DNA from: an uncultured Acidimicrobiia bacterium
GTDB taxonomy: Bacteria > Actinomycetota > Acidimicrobiia > Spongiisociales > UBA5794
NCBI GenBank assembly: GCA_963714055.1
Contig: OY970227.1
Coordinates: 1,141,330-1,205,329, forward strand
Length of the DNA: 64,000 nt
Direction: 5' to 3'
The notes below the pieces were generated by a model that searched no databases, had not been told where the DNA came from, and was given only the letters and a program-made list of their open reading frames with translations. Position numbers and translations under genes: made by a program. How positions within the stretch are numbered: position 1 is the first letter of the stretch; each line of letters begins with the position of its first letter. This document shows, in pieces, positions 9,216-19,176 of the stretch.

Positions 9216-9573
9216 TCAGAACTCGAGCCCGGCCTGGCGCGCCCCTTCGGCGAGCGCCTTCACCCTCCCGTGGAAGGCGAACCCGCCCCGGTCGAACACC
9301 ACGGCTTCGACCCCGGCGGCGGCGGCGCGCGTTGCGATCAGCTTGCCCAACCTCTTCAGCCGTCTCCAGGGAGAGGGCGCGCCCGGCGAGGTCCTTCTCC
9401 CGCGACGATGCGCTGACCAGCGTGAACCCACGCTCGTCGTCGATGACCTGGGCATAGATGTACCGGTTGCTCCGGAACACGGCGAGGCGGGGCCGGGTCG
9501 CCGTCCCCCGCACCGTCTTGCGGACCCTGGTGTGGCGTCTCCGCCTGGCGTCGGTTCGTGATCCGCGCATCAT
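9216..9573 (-). CDS. rplR: 50S ribosomal protein L18, interrupted by a +1 frameshift at a C/G homopolymer near 9343-9348
   Basis: N-terminal 73 aa ([64 protein letters not shown]…AEEVG) lie in the frame of tool ORF 9193..10200. The C-terminus ([42 protein letters not shown]) lies in the frame of ORF 9216..9455. The junction is GTTGGGCAAGCTG where GTTGGCAAGCTG is expected. Confidence 0.75.
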
Positions 9574-10109
9574 CCACCTGCCTTGCCGGCCTTGCGGCGC
9601 ACCTGCTCGTCGAGGTAGCGGATGCCCTTGCCCTTGTATGGCTCGGGGGGGCGCACCCGCCGGATGTCCGCCGCCGTCTGCCCCACCAGCTCTTTGTCGA
9701 TGCCGGAGACGACGATCCGGGTGGGCTCCGGGACCTCGAAGTCGATGCCGTCGGGCGCCTCGATGACGACCGGGTGGGAGAAGCCCACCTGCAGCTCGAG
9801 ACGACGGCCCTGGAGGTTGGCGCGGTAACCGACACCGACCGCCTGCAGCTCCTTGCGGTAGCCATCCGACACGCCGGTGACCATGTTGGCCAGCAGCGCA
9901 CGGTAGAGCCCATGCAAGGATCGAATGTCGCGTTCGTCGCTGTCCCGGCTCAAGGTGACGACACCGTCGTCCACCGACACCGCGATGCGCTCGTCCACCC
10001 AGCGGCTCAACGCCCCCTTGGGGCCCTTCACCGACACCGTTGGGCCGTCGACGGTGACGTCGACGCCGGTGGGCACCGGGATCGGGCTGTTGCCGATGCG
10101 GCTCATCAC
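9570..10109 (-). CDS. rplF: 50S ribosomal protein L6
   Basis: 179-aa C-terminal part of tool ORF 9570..10523, starting [21 protein letters not shown]. Confidence 0.9.
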   Translation of the reverse strand: MMSRIGNSPIPVPTGVDVTVDGPTVSVKGPKGALSRWVDERIAVSVDDGVVTLSRDSDERDIRSLHGLYRALLANMVTGVSDGYRKELQAVGVGYRANLQGRRLELQVGFSHPVVIEAPDGIDFEVPEPTRIVVSGIDKELVGQTAADIRRVRPPEPYKGKGIRYLDEQVRRKAGKAGG

Positions 10110-10501
10110 CACACCTCGCACACGACTTCGCCGCCCACCTTGCGGCGACGTGCCTCGCGGTCGGTGAGCAGGCCCTGCGACGTGGACACGATGGCGACAC
10201 CGAGGCCGCCCTGGACGCGTCCGATCGACGCCGCCGGCTTGTAGACCCGATGGCCGGGCGAAGACACCCGTTTGATGCCCTTGAGCACCCTCACCCGGTC
10301 GTCGCTGTAGCGGAGCCGGATGGTGAGCGAGCGGCCCACCCCGGCATCCTCGATCTTGAAGCTGTCGACATAGCCCTCGGCGGCGAGGATCTCTGCGATG
10401 CCCTCCTTCATCTTGGAGGCGGGCATGGTGACCTCGGAGTGCAACGCCTGGTTGGCGTTGCGGATCCGGGTGAGCATGTCGGCGATCGGATCGGTGTACA
10501 T
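10106..10501 (-). CDS. rpsH: 30S ribosomal protein S8
   Basis: 131 aa starting [21 protein letters not shown]. Confidence 0.9.
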   Translation of the reverse strand: MYTDPIADMLTRIRNANQALHSEVTMPASKMKEGIAEILAAEGYVDSFKIEDAGVGRSLTIRLRYSDDRVRVLKGIKRVSSPGHRVYKPAASIGRVQGGLGVAIVSTSQGLLTDREARRRKVGGEVVCEVW

Positions 10502-10806
10502 CACCAAGAAGCCTTCCTGACACCGGGGAGCTCGCCGTTGTGGGCGAGATCGCGCAGTGCCACTCGAGACATCCCGAACTTGCGGTAGTAGGCGCGGGGA
10601 CGGCCGCTCACCCCGCACCGGTTGCGGTACCGGGAGGCGCTGGCATCGCGGGGCATCTTCGCCAGGCCCTGATAGGCCTCGCGCTTCTCCTCGTACGAGC
10701 GCTCCGGGTCCTTGATCACGGCGACCAGGGCGGCGCGTGGTTCGGCGTAGCGCTCCACCAGCGCCTTGCGCCGGTTGTTCTTGTTGATCATCGACTTCTT
10801 CGCCAT
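10501..10806 (-). CDS. rpsN: 30S ribosomal protein S14 (long 101-aa form, no Cys4)
   Basis: [21 protein letters not shown]…[43 protein letters not shown]. Confidence 0.85.
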   Translation of the reverse strand: MAKKSMINKNNRRKALVERYAEPRAALVAVIKDPERSYEEKREAYQGLAKMPRDASASRYRNRCGVSGRPRAYYRKFGMSRVALRDLAHNGELPGVRKASW

Positions 10807-11360
10807 CACACACCTGCCTGTTGCCGGAACGGGAAGCCGAACGCCGCCAGGAATGCCCGGCCCTGGTCGTCCGTCCTCGCCGTGGTCACGAACGTGATGT
10901 CCATGCCCCTCACCTTGCCAACCTGGTCGTACTCGACCTCCGGGAAGATCAGCTGCTCGTTCACCCCGAAGCTGTAGTTGCCCGTCCCGTCGAACCCGTT
11001 CGGGTTGAGCCCGCGGAAGTCCCGGATCCTGGGGATCGCCAGCGTCACCAGGCGGTCGAAGAACTCCCACATGCGGACACCCCGTAGCGTGACCGACACC
11101 CCGATGGGCATGCCCTCACGCAGCTTGAAGTTGGCGATCGACTTGCGGGCCCGGTTCACCTTGGGCTGCTGCCCGGTGATGACCCTCATGTCGGCGACGG
11201 CGGCATCGACCAGCTTGGAGTCGGCGACGGCGTCACCCAACCCCATGTTGACCGAGATCTTCTGGAGCCGGGGAACGTCCATGATGTTGCCCAGGCCGAG
11301 CTGCTCCTTGAGCTGGGCCCTGATCTCCTCGTCGTACCGCTGCTTGAACCGCGGGGTCAC
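10806..11360 (-). CDS. rplE: 50S ribosomal protein L5
   Basis: 184 aa with …[18 protein letters not shown]…. Confidence 0.9.
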   Translation of the reverse strand: MTPRFKQRYDEEIRAQLKEQLGLGNIMDVPRLQKISVNMGLGDAVADSKLVDAAVADMRVITGQQPKVNRARKSIANFKLREGMPIGVSVTLRGVRMWEFFDRLVTLAIPRIRDFRGLNPNGFDGTGNYSFGVNEQLIFPEVEYDQVGKVRGMDITFVTTARTDDQGRAFLAAFGFPFRQQAGV

Positions 11361-11662
11361 AGGTCACCTCCGCACTTGCGGCAGACCCGGCGCTTGCGGC
11401 CGTCGCCGTCGATGGCGTAGCCGATGCGGGTGGGGCCACAGTCGGGGCACACGATCATCACGTTCGAGGCGTCGATCGGCATGTCCTTGTCGATGATCCC
11501 GCCCTGCATGGTCTGTCCCTGGGGCCGCTGGTGCCGCTTGGCGGTGGCGACGCCCTCGACGATGACCTTGTTGCGTTCCTTGATGACCCTGGCCACCCGG
11601 CTCTCGGTGCCCTTGTCCTTGCCGGCGATGACCCGCACGGTGTCGCCCACCTTGAGCTTCAT
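11357..11662 (-). CDS. rplX: 50S ribosomal protein L24 with C-terminal Cys4 knuckle
   Basis: 101 aa starting [18 protein letters not shown] (KOW motif). C-terminus is [12 protein letters not shown]…[10 protein letters not shown]. Confidence 0.9.
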   Translation of the reverse strand: MKLKVGDTVRVIAGKDKGTESRVARVIKERNKVIVEGVATAKRHQRPQGQTMQGGIIDKDMPIDASNVMIVCPDCGPTRIGYAIDGDGRKRRVCRKCGGDL

Positions 11663-12030
11663 CAGAGCACCTCCGAAGCGAGCGACACGATGCGCATGAA
11701 CTTCTTGTCGCGCAGCTCACGTCCCACCGGGCCGAAGATGCGGGTGCCACGCGGCTGCTGCTGGTCATTGATGATGACGCAGGCGTTGTCGTCGAAGCGG
11801 ATGTATGTCCCGTCCTGGCGCCTGCTCTCCTTGCGGGTGCGCACCACGACGGCCTTCACCACCTCGCCCTTCTTGACGGTGCCACCCGGGGTGGCCTCCT
11901 TCACCGCCCCGACGATGACGTCGCCGACGTGGGCGTAGCGGCGCCGCGACCCACCGAGGACCCGGATGCAGAGCACCTCCCGGGCGCCGGTGTTGTCGGC
12001 GACGCGCAACCTCGACTCGGTCTGGATCAT
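11662..12030 (-). CDS. rplN: 50S ribosomal protein L14
   Basis: 122 aa starting [27 protein letters not shown]. Confidence 0.9.
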   Translation of the reverse strand: MIQTESRLRVADNTGAREVLCIRVLGGSRRRYAHVGDVIVGAVKEATPGGTVKKGEVVKAVVVRTRKESRRQDGTYIRFDDNACVIINDQQQPRGTRIFGPVGRELRDKKFMRIVSLASEVL

Positions 12031-12287
12031 CGGGCCCGCTCCACGATCTCGGCGACCCGCCACCGCTTGCTCTTCGAGAGCGGGCGGGTCTCCACGATGC
12101 GGACCGTGTCACCGAGACGGGCGTCATTGGCCTCGTCATGGGCGTGATACCGCTTGCGCGATGGCATGGTCTTGCCGTACTTGGGATGGCGCTTCGAGGC
12201 CTTCACCTCGACCGTCACCGTCTTGTCACGGGCGTCGGAGACGACGACACCGGTGCGCATCTTGCGCCGTCCACGTTCGTCGGTCAT
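12027..12287 (-). CDS. rpsQ: 30S ribosomal protein S17
   Basis: [28 protein letters not shown]…. The ORF extends to 12314, but start 12287 gives the usual 4-nt overlap with rpmC. Confidence 0.85.
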   Translation of the reverse strand: MTDERGRRKMRTGVVVSDARDKTVTVEVKASKRHPKYGKTMPSRKRYHAHDEANDARLGDTVRIVETRPLSKSKRWRVAEIVERAR

Positions 12288-12505
12288 GCCGTGCCCTCCT
12301 GCTGGTTGCGCCACTCCTCGATCTCCATCTCGCGCATCACCGTCTTGATCCTGGCCACCTCGTGCCGGACCTGGCCGAGGCGCGACGTGTTGTCGAGCTG
12401 GTTGGTCGCCATCTGGAAGCGAAGGTTGAACAGCTCCTCCTTCGCCTCGTCCAGCTTCGCCGCCAGCTCGCGGTACGTGTGGTTTCGCAGCTCGGTGGTC
12501 TTCAC
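12284..12505 (-). CDS. rpmC: 50S ribosomal protein L29
   Basis: 73 aa starting [31 protein letters not shown]. Confidence 0.85.
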   Translation of the reverse strand: MKTTELRNHTYRELAAKLDEAKEELFNLRFQMATNQLDNTSRLGQVRHEVARIKTVMREMEIEEWRNQQEGTA

Positions 12506-12915
12506 AGCTCGTCCCTCACCACGAACTTGGTCTTCACCGGCAGCTTGTGGGCGGCGAGGCGCATGGCCTCACGAGCCAGCTCCTCGTCGACCCCGGCCAT
12601 CTCGAACATCACCCGGCCGGGCTTGATCACCGCCACCCAGTACTCGGGGTTGCCCTTGCCGGAGCCCATCCGGGTCTCGGCCGGCTTCTCGGTGATCGGC
12701 TTGTCGGGGAAGATGTTGATCCAGACCTTGCCGCCGCGCTTGATGGCGCGGGTCATGGCGATACGGGCGGCCTCGATCTGACGGGCGCTGACCCAACCAG
12801 ACTCCTGGGCCTGGAGCCCGTAGTCCCCGAACGAGACCCTGGTGCCCCCCTTGGCGGCGCCGGTCATCCGACCCTTCTGGGTCTTGCGGTACTTGGTCCG
12901 CTTCGGCATCAGCAT
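12502..12915 (-). CDS. rplP: 50S ribosomal protein L16
   Basis: 137 aa starting [19 protein letters not shown]. Confidence 0.9.
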   Translation of the reverse strand: MLMPKRTKYRKTQKGRMTGAAKGGTRVSFGDYGLQAQESGWVSARQIEAARIAMTRAIKRGGKVWINIFPDKPITEKPAETRMGSGKGNPEYWVAVIKPGRVMFEMAGVDEELAREAMRLAAHKLPVKTKFVVRDEL

Positions 12916-12917
12916 GG

Positions 12918-14301
12918 TCAGGTCACCTCCTCCCCGTCCTCGTCCCCCGCCTCGGCGGAGGGCTGGCCGGCCGGGGCGTCCGGAGCGTCCTCGCCGTCGT
13001 CGGTGACTTCGGTGGCCTCGTCGGTCTCGGTGACGTCGACGACCGGCTCCTCGGCCGCGGCCTCGGTTGGCGGCACCTCGGCGATCGGCTCTTCGGTCTC
13101 CGTGACCTCGGCGAGCGGCTCAGCGGCAGCCGGTTCGGTCACGGCCTCGTCGGGAGAACACCTCGACAACCGGTTCGTCGGCAGGGACTTCGGCGACCGG
13201 CTCGGCGGCGACGGCGGCAGCAGCCGGTTCGGTCACGGACTCGCCGGCAGGAGCCTCGACAACCGGCTCATCGGCAGCCGGTTCGGTCACGGCCTCGTCG
13301 GCGACGCCGGCAACCGGCTCATCGGCAGCGGGCGCCTCGGCCACGGGCGTCTCGGCGACGACCTCGGCGCCGGCACCATCGACCATGGCGGCTACCTCGT
13401 CGGTCTCTTCCTCGCGAGCCTGGTCGAACTCGGCGGCGGCGTCGCTGGTGGTGAGACGTCGGCCACCGCCCGCCTCGATGAGCCGGCGGCCGGGACGCTT
13501 GCCCCCACCGGCTTCGACGACCCGCTTGCCTCCGCCCGCCTCGATGAGCCGGCGGCCGCCGGCCTCTCCGGCGGCGGCCTCGGCACGGGACTTCACCGAG
13601 CGACGGCGCTCGGACGGCCCGCCGGCGGCGAGGCGGGCCTCGGCGGCGATCTTCTCACGACTGTCGACGGTCGACCTGAGCACGTCGCCCTTGTAGACCC
13701 ACACCTGGACCCCGATGGCGCCCACCGTCGTGGTGGCGGTTGCCCGGCCGAAGTCGATGTCGGCGCGCAACGTGTGCAGCGGCACCCGACCCTCGAGATA
13801 CCACTCCCGGCGGCCCATGTCGGCGCCACCGAGCCTGCCGGACGCCTGGACGCGGACACCCTCGGCGCCTGCCTTCAGTGCGGTGGCGACGGCGCGCTTC
13901 ATCGCCCGGCGGAAGGCGACCCTGCCCTCGAGCTGGTCGGCGACACTCCGGGCGAGCAGGGTGGCGTCCATCTCGGCGTTCTGGACCTCGATGACGTTGA
14001 ACTTGACCTGCCGACCGGTGAGCTTCTCCAGCCCGCTGCGCAGCCGCTCGGCCTCGGACCCGCCGCGGCCGATCACCACGCCGGGACGTGCGGTGTGCAC
14101 GTCGACCTGCACCTTGGCGTTGCCGATGCGCTCGATGTCGATGCGGGCCAGGGCGCCGCGCTTCAGCTCACGCCGCAGGTACGTGCGGATCTGATGGTCC
14201 TGGTTGACGTTGGCGGCGTAGTCCTTGTCGGAATACCACCGCGACTTCCAATCGGTGACGATCCCCAGCCGGAGGCCGTAGGGATGGATCTTCTGCCCCA
14301 T
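12918..14301 (-). CDS. rpsC: 30S ribosomal protein S3 with a very long C-terminal extension; frame interrupted in the acidic tail near 13150-13165
   Basis: N-terminal KH/S3 core [25 protein letters not shown]… runs to about residue 215. It is followed by [11 protein letters not shown] repeats and an E/A/P/V/T-rich tail in tool ORF 13120..14301. The tail continues in another frame as ORF 12918..13169 (…[22 protein letters not shown]…GDEDGEEVT). That ORF ends 3 nt before the rplP start, the expected rpsC stop position. Confidence 0.75.
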
Positions 14302-14302
14302 G

Positions 14303-14644
14303 TCAGTCCTCCTCCCGGTCTCCGACGACGATGGTGATGTGGCTGGTGCGCTTGCGGATGCGGTTGGCCCGGCCGCGGGCCTTGGGGCGCCACCGCTTCA
14401 GGGTGGGCCCCTCGTCGGCGAACGCCTCGGTGACGAACAGCTCCTCGGCGTCCATCGCCAGGTTGTGCTCGGCATTGGCGACCGCCGAGTCGAGCACCTT
14501 CAGCACCGGGTCGGTGGCCCGGCGGTTGGTCAGGGTGAGGACGTCGCGGGCGTCCGCCACGGGCAGCCCGCGCACGAGATCGAGCACCCGCCGCACCTTG
14601 TACGGCGACTGCCTGATGTACTTCGCCTGGGCCCGCGCGTTCAT
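14303..14644 (-). CDS. rplV: 50S ribosomal protein L22
   Basis: 113 aa starting [26 protein letters not shown]. Confidence 0.9.
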   Translation of the reverse strand: MNARAQAKYIRQSPYKVRRVLDLVRGLPVADARDVLTLTNRRATDPVLKVLDSAVANAEHNLAMDAEELFVTEAFADEGPTLKRWRPKARGRANRIRKRTSHITIVVGDREED

Positions 14645-14919
14645 CGCCGCCTCGCCGCCTTCTCGCCGGAGTGGCCGCGGAACGTCCGCGTCGGGGCGAA
14701 CTCGCCGAGCTTGTGGCCGACCATGGACTCGCTGACGTACACCGGGACGTGCTTGCGGCCGTCGTGGACCGCGATGGTGTGGCCCACCATCTCGGGGACG
14801 ATGGTCGAGCGCCGGCTCCAGGTGCGGATGACCCGCTTCTCACCCTTGTCGTTGGCGGTCTCCACCTTGCGCAGCAGGTGCTCGTCGACGAAGGGGCCCT
14901 TCTTGAGGCTTCTCGTCAT
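14641..14919 (-). CDS. rpsS: 30S ribosomal protein S19
   Basis: 92 aa starting [20 protein letters not shown]. Confidence 0.9.
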   Translation of the reverse strand: MTRSLKKGPFVDEHLLRKVETANDKGEKRVIRTWSRRSTIVPEMVGHTIAVHDGRKHVPVYVSESMVGHKLGEFAPTRTFRGHSGEKAARRR

Positions 14920-14939
14920 CGCTTACCTCGCATCATCGG

Positions 14940-15773
14940 TCACCTACGGCCCTTCTTCGCCCGGCGACGGACGATGTACTTGTCGCTGGCCTTGTTCTTG
15001 CGGCGGGTCCGACCCTCCGGCTTCCCCCACGGGCTCACCGGGTGGCGGCCGCCCGAGCTGCGTCCCTCACCGCCTCCGAGCGGGTGGTCGACGGGGTTCA
15101 TGGCGACCCCACGGCTCTGCGGGCGCTTGCCCTTCCAGCGGCCCCGCCCCGCCTTGCCGACCTTGATCAGCTCCGACTCGGTGTTGCCGACCTGACCGAC
15201 GGTGGCCCGGCAGCCGAGCTCCACCTGCCGCATCTCGCCCGAAGGGAGGCGGAGCAGGGCGACGCTGCCCTCCTTCGACATCAGCTGGATGGCGGTGCCG
15301 GCGGCGCGGCCCATCTTGGCGCCGCCCCCGGGTCGCAGCTCCACGTTGTGGACCACGGTGCCGGTTGGGATGTTGCGCAGCGGCAGGGCGTTGCCGGGCC
15401 GGATCTCGGCGCCGGATCCAGACTCGAGCATGTCGCCCACCTTCACCCCGACCGGGGCGATGATGTAGCGCTTCTCCCCGTCGACGTAGTGGAGCAGGGC
15501 GATGAGGGCGTTCCGGTTGGGGTCGTACTCGATGGTGGCCACCCTGGCGGGCACCCCGTCCTTGTTGCGCCGGAAGTCGACGATCCGGTACCGCTTCTTG
15601 TGACCACCGCCACGGTGGCGGGAGGTGATGCGTCCGTGGGTGTTGCGACCGGACGACCGCTTCTGCTTGTCGAGCAGCGACTTCTCCGGCTGGTCGGTGG
15701 TCACCGCGGCGAAGTCGGACACGGTCTGGAACCGGCGACCGGGCGAGGTGGGCTTGAGCTTTCTCACGGCCAT
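14940..15773 (-). CDS. rplB: 50S ribosomal protein L2
   Basis: 277 aa from [16 protein letters not shown]. The upstream part of tool ORF 14940..15908 is run-on. Confidence 0.9.
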   Translation of the reverse strand: MAVRKLKPTSPGRRFQTVSDFAAVTTDQPEKSLLDKQKRSSGRNTHGRITSRHRGGGHKKRYRIVDFRRNKDGVPARVATIEYDPNRNALIALLHYVDGEKRYIIAPVGVKVGDMLESGSGAEIRPGNALPLRNIPTGTVVHNVELRPGGGAKMGRAAGTAIQLMSKEGSVALLRLPSGEMRQVELGCRATVGQVGNTESELIKVGKAGRGRWKGKRPQSRGVAMNPVDHPLGGGEGRSSGGRHPVSPWGKPEGRTRRKNKASDKYIVRRRAKKGRR

Positions 15774-15777
15774 GGCG

Positions 15778-16065
15778 TCACACCTCGAAGATGTCGATGG
15801 ACTCGCCGGCGGCGAGCTTGACCAGGGCGCGCTTGCTGTCCGAGCGGGTGCCGACCTTGACGCCGGTGCGCTTGCGCTTGCCCTTGCGGTTGATGGTGTT
15901 GACCGCAAGCACCTTCACCCCGAAGATCTGCTCGATCGCCTGGCGGATCTCGGTCTTGTTGGTCCGGCGGTCGACCTCGAACGTGTACGTGTTGACCGAC
16001 TCGATGAGGTCGTACGACTTCTCCGAGACCACCGGCTGCAGGATGATGTCGCGCGGGTTCTTCAT
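15778..16065 (-). CDS. rplW: 50S ribosomal protein L23
   Basis: 95 aa starting [19 protein letters not shown]. Confidence 0.9.
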   Translation of the reverse strand: MKNPRDIILQPVVSEKSYDLIESVNTYTFEVDRRTNKTEIRQAIEQIFGVKVLAVNTINRKGKRKRTGVKVGTRSDSKRALVKLAAGESIDIFEV

Positions 16066-16778
16066 GCCTCGTCACCACCGGTCGTGTCTCCCTCGGCACG
16101 GTCGGCGCGGCCGGAGCGGACCGCCTCGGCGTGGGCCTCGGTGCCCCGCGGCGCCGACTGGCCGAGCGCCAGCGTCCCCCGGCTCATCACCACGGTGTCG
16201 GCCCACAGGACGTCGTAGGTGTTGGCCTGCCCCAGGTTGGAGGCGATGACGGTGGCCAGGTTCCGGAACGACTTGATCGCCACCTTCTCGTGGTCCTCGG
16301 CGATCAGCAACACCTTGCCCTCGACGCCCATGGCTTCGAGCAGGGCGATGGCGTTCTTGGTGCGTGGCTTCTCCCAGACGTCGAAGGTCTCCACCACCTT
16401 GATGTTGCCGGTGGCGGCGCGGGTCGACAGGGCGCTGCGGAGGGCGAGCCGCCGCATCTTCTTGGGGGTCCGCTGGGAGTAGTCGCGGGGCTTGGGCCCG
16501 TGGGCGATGCCGCCGCCGATCCACTGTGGGGAGCGGATAGAGCCGTGGCGGGCCCGGCCGAGGCCCTTCTGGCGCCACGGTTTCCTGCCTCCGCCGCGCA
16601 CCTCGCCCCTCGTCTTGGTCGAGTGGGTCCCGGCGCGGGCGGCGGCGAGCTGGGCGGTCACCACCTGGTGCATCACCGACACGTTCGGCTCGATGCCGAA
16701 GATCTCCGCGGAGAGCTCGACCTCACCCTGGCGTTCGCCTCCGGCGGTCCATAGCTCTGCGGTGAGCTTCTCAGGCAT
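16062..16778 (-). CDS. rplD: 50S ribosomal protein L4
   Basis: 238 aa with an acidic/Gly C-terminal extension. Confidence 0.9.
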   Translation of the reverse strand: MPEKLTAELWTAGGERQGEVELSAEIFGIEPNVSVMHQVVTAQLAAARAGTHSTKTRGEVRGGGRKPWRQKGLGRARHGSIRSPQWIGGGIAHGPKPRDYSQRTPKKMRRLALRSALSTRAATGNIKVVETFDVWEKPRTKNAIALLEAMGVEGKVLLIAEDHEKVAIKSFRNLATVIASNLGQANTYDVLWADTVVMSRGTLALGQSAPRGTEAHAEAVRSGRADRAEGDTTGGDEA

Positions 16779-17409
16779 GGGCCTTCACCGCCTCGCGGAT
16801 CACCAGGACGGCGCCCTTGGGCCCGGGCACGGCGCCCCTCACCATGAGGAGGTCGCGCTCGGCGTCCACCTGGACGACCTCGAGGTTCAGCACCGTGGTG
16901 GTGTCGTTGCCCATGCGGCCGGGGAGGCGCTTCCCTTTGAACACCCTGGCGGGGGTGGCGCAGGCGCCCAGCGAGCCGGGGGCTCGATGCACCCTGTGGG
17001 CGCCGTGGGAGGCGCCCTGGCCCTGGAAGTTGTGTCGCTTCATCACACCGGCGAAGCCCTTGCCCTTGGAGATCCCGGTGACATCGGCCTTCATGCCGGG
17101 GGCGAACAGGTCGGCGACCCCGATGCGCTGGCCGATCTTGAACTCGGACACGTCGTCCACCCGCACCTCGACCAGGTGCTTGGTGGGGGTGACGTTGGCC
17201 CTGGCGAAGTGGCCGGCCTGGGGGCGGTTGACCTGCTTGGCCTTCATCTCCTTGAAGGCGACCTGGATGGCCGAGTAGCCGTCGCGGGCCTCGGTCTTGA
17301 TCTGGGCGACGTGGACCGGACCCGCCTTGATGACCGTCACCGGGACCACCCGCGACTGGTCGTCGAACACCTGGGTCATGCCCAACTTCTCGCCGACGAT
17401 CGCCTTCAT
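16771..17409 (-). CDS. rplC: 50S ribosomal protein L3
   Basis: 212 aa from [16 protein letters not shown] inside tool ORF 16771..17928. Confidence 0.9.
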   Translation of the reverse strand: MKAIVGEKLGMTQVFDDQSRVVPVTVIKAGPVHVAQIKTEARDGYSAIQVAFKEMKAKQVNRPQAGHFARANVTPTKHLVEVRVDDVSEFKIGQRIGVADLFAPGMKADVTGISKGKGFAGVMKRHNFQGQGASHGAHRVHRAPGSLGACATPARVFKGKRLPGRMGNDTTTVLNLEVVQVDAERDLLMVRGAVPGPKGAVLVIREAVKAHA

Positions 17410-17717
17410 GTCTTGATCTCGACTTCCACCCCGGCGGGCAGGTCGAGGCGCATCAGGGCGTCGACCGTCTTCGGGGTCGGGTCGATGATGTCGATGAGCC
17501 GCTTGTGGATCCGCATCTCGAAGTGCTCGCGGCTGGTCTTGTCGATGTGGGGGCCGCGGATGACCGTGTAACGGTGGACGCGGGTCGGCAAGGGGACCGG
17601 GCCGCGGATCCTCGCCTGGGTGCGGACCACGGTCTCGGCGATCTTGCGCGCCGACTCGTCGACCACCGAATGGTCGTACGCCTTGAGGCGGATTCGGATC
17701 CGGGGCTCGTTGGCCAC
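17406..17717 (-). CDS. rpsJ: 30S ribosomal protein S10 (GTG start)
   Basis: [28 protein letters not shown]… is a 103-aa S10. Upstream residues of tool ORF 17406..17804 are non-coding run-on. Confidence 0.85.
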   Translation of the reverse strand: MANEPRIRIRLKAYDHSVVDESARKIAETVVRTQARIRGPVPLPTRVHRYTVIRGPHIDKTSREHFEMRIHKRLIDIIDPTPKTVDALMRLDLPAGVEVEIKT

Positions 17718-18086
17718 AGGCGGGTTCCTGTCTCTCTTGGACCCGTCGTGGTACTTCGCCGTGCAGCGCCAGCGGGCGTCCCGGGCGGGACGGCGGCTGA
17801 CCACCGGGCGAGCGGTACCGCGTGGGGTACATCACGGGTTTGGTCGGGGCCGAACGGAACGAACCGGACGGCCGAATGGACGTTTGCGGTGAGGACCGCG
17901 CGCAAACCGGGGGGGCCTGCGGCCGCACCGAGTGTAGCGGCAGACCGTTTCACACGGCAAACTGTGTCATTCCCGGCCGGACCTCCCGGCCCGGCCACCA
18001 CACAAAGGCTCGGGACTGGGGGAGGTCCGGCCTCCTCCGACAGATGGGGCCCCTACCCCATCGTGGGCCGTGTCACTCTCGGCCGG
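17718..18086 (-). promoter_or_regulatory. S10-operon upstream leader/promoter region, carrying one copy of the dispersed hairpin repeat at 18029-18069
   Basis: 370-bp non-coding gap upstream of rpsJ. No ORF has coding-like composition. Confidence 0.4.
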
Positions 18087-19175
18087 TCAGGCCTCCTTGA
18101 CCCGATCGAACGCCTCTGCGTAGAGCTCCTCGACCGGTCCGAGCTCTTCGGTGAACACGAGGAGGTCGGCGGTGGCTGGGTCGGGAAAGATGACCGGGTC
18201 GTCGAGGATCTCGGCGGGGAGCAACTCGACGGCGGCGGCGTTGCCGGTGTCCGCCCTGATGGCGATCGAGTTCGCCGCGGCGATCTCGGGCTCGAGGTAG
18301 AAGTCGATGAAGCGGTGGGCGTTGTCCGGGCGAGGAGCGTCGACGGGCACCACCATCGCGTCGACCCATCGCAGCGCACCGGCAGGGGGAAGCACGAACG
18401 CCAGATCCGGGTTCGACTGCCGGGCCTGGAGCAGGTCGGAGGAGTACGCCTGGGCCGCCACGAGATCCCCGGAGGCGAGACCGTCGAGGTAGCCGGCCGA
18501 GTCGAAGCCGCTGAGCTGGGGCTTCATGGCGATGAGCTGGTCGGCGGCGGCCTCGATGGTCTCCTCCGACGTGGTGTTGGGATCCTCCCCGAGCGAGAAG
18601 AGGGCGAGCCCCATGGCGTCGCGCACCTCGTCGAGGATCGACATCCTCCCCAGGTGGGCCGGGTCGAGGAAGACCTCGTACCCGGGCGGCTCGGGGAATA
18701 CGGTGGTGTCGTACCCGATGCCGGTGGTGCCGGTGGCCCACGGGACGCTGAACCGGTTGCCGGGATCGTACGAGGCATCGGCGAAGGTCTCCCCGAGGTT
18801 CCCCAGGTTGGAGATGGCCGAACGGTCCAGCTCGGTGAGCTGCTCGCCGTTGCGGAACCGGGTGACGAAGTTGTCGGAGGGGACCATCAGGTCGAACGAG
18901 GTGCCGCTGCGACCCCCGCGACGGGCCCGCTGCGCCTGCTCGAGCCGGCGAGCCAGGTTGTCGTTCGACGAGTAGGTCTCGTAGGTGACCACGATCCCGC
19001 TGCGGGCGGTGAACGTGGCGAGCAGCTCGTCGTCGATGTAATCCGTCCAGTTGAGGAATGCCAGGCGGTCGGCATCGCGCGGATCGGCGCAGGCGGCGAG
19101 GACAGCCGGCATCGCCAGCACCGCACCCCCGGCGGCGACCCGCTGCAGGAAGCGACGCCGTCCGATCAGGGTCAT
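18087..19175 (-). CDS. Periplasmic substrate-binding lipoprotein of a spermidine/putrescine-type ABC transporter (PotD/PotF family), Tat-type signal
   Basis: Starts MTLIGRRRFLQRVAAGGAVLAMPAVLAACAD (RRxFL motif plus lipobox LAAC). Body matches polyamine-binding-protein fold signatures. Upstream part of the tool ORF is run-on. Confidence 0.65.
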   Translation of the reverse strand: MTLIGRRRFLQRVAAGGAVLAMPAVLAACADPRDADRLAFLNWTDYIDDELLATFTARSGIVVTYETYSSNDNLARRLEQAQRARRGGRSGTSFDLMVPSDNFVTRFRNGEQLTELDRSAISNLGNLGETFADASYDPGNRFSVPWATGTTGIGYDTTVFPEPPGYEVFLDPAHLGRMSILDEVRDAMGLALFSLGEDPNTTSEETIEAAADQLIAMKPQLSGFDSAGYLDGLASGDLVAAQAYSSDLLQARQSNPDLAFVLPPAGALRWVDAMVVPVDAPRPDNAHRFIDFYLEPEIAAANSIAIRADTGNAAAVELLPAEILDDPVIFPDPATADLLVFTEELGPVEELYAEAFDRVKEA

Positions 19176-19176
19176 G

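Noticed and set aside
9340-9350. Programmed ribosomal frameshift in rplR
   Set aside because: No slippery heptamer or downstream structure. It is a single-base homopolymer change in an essential gene, and several other 1-nt frame breaks occur in the window, which points to indel error.
12547-14337. 596-aa plus-strand ORF antisense to rplP/rpsC
   Set aside because: Shadow ORF. The repetitive S/A/G/V translation mirrors the acidic S3 tail repeats on the other strand.
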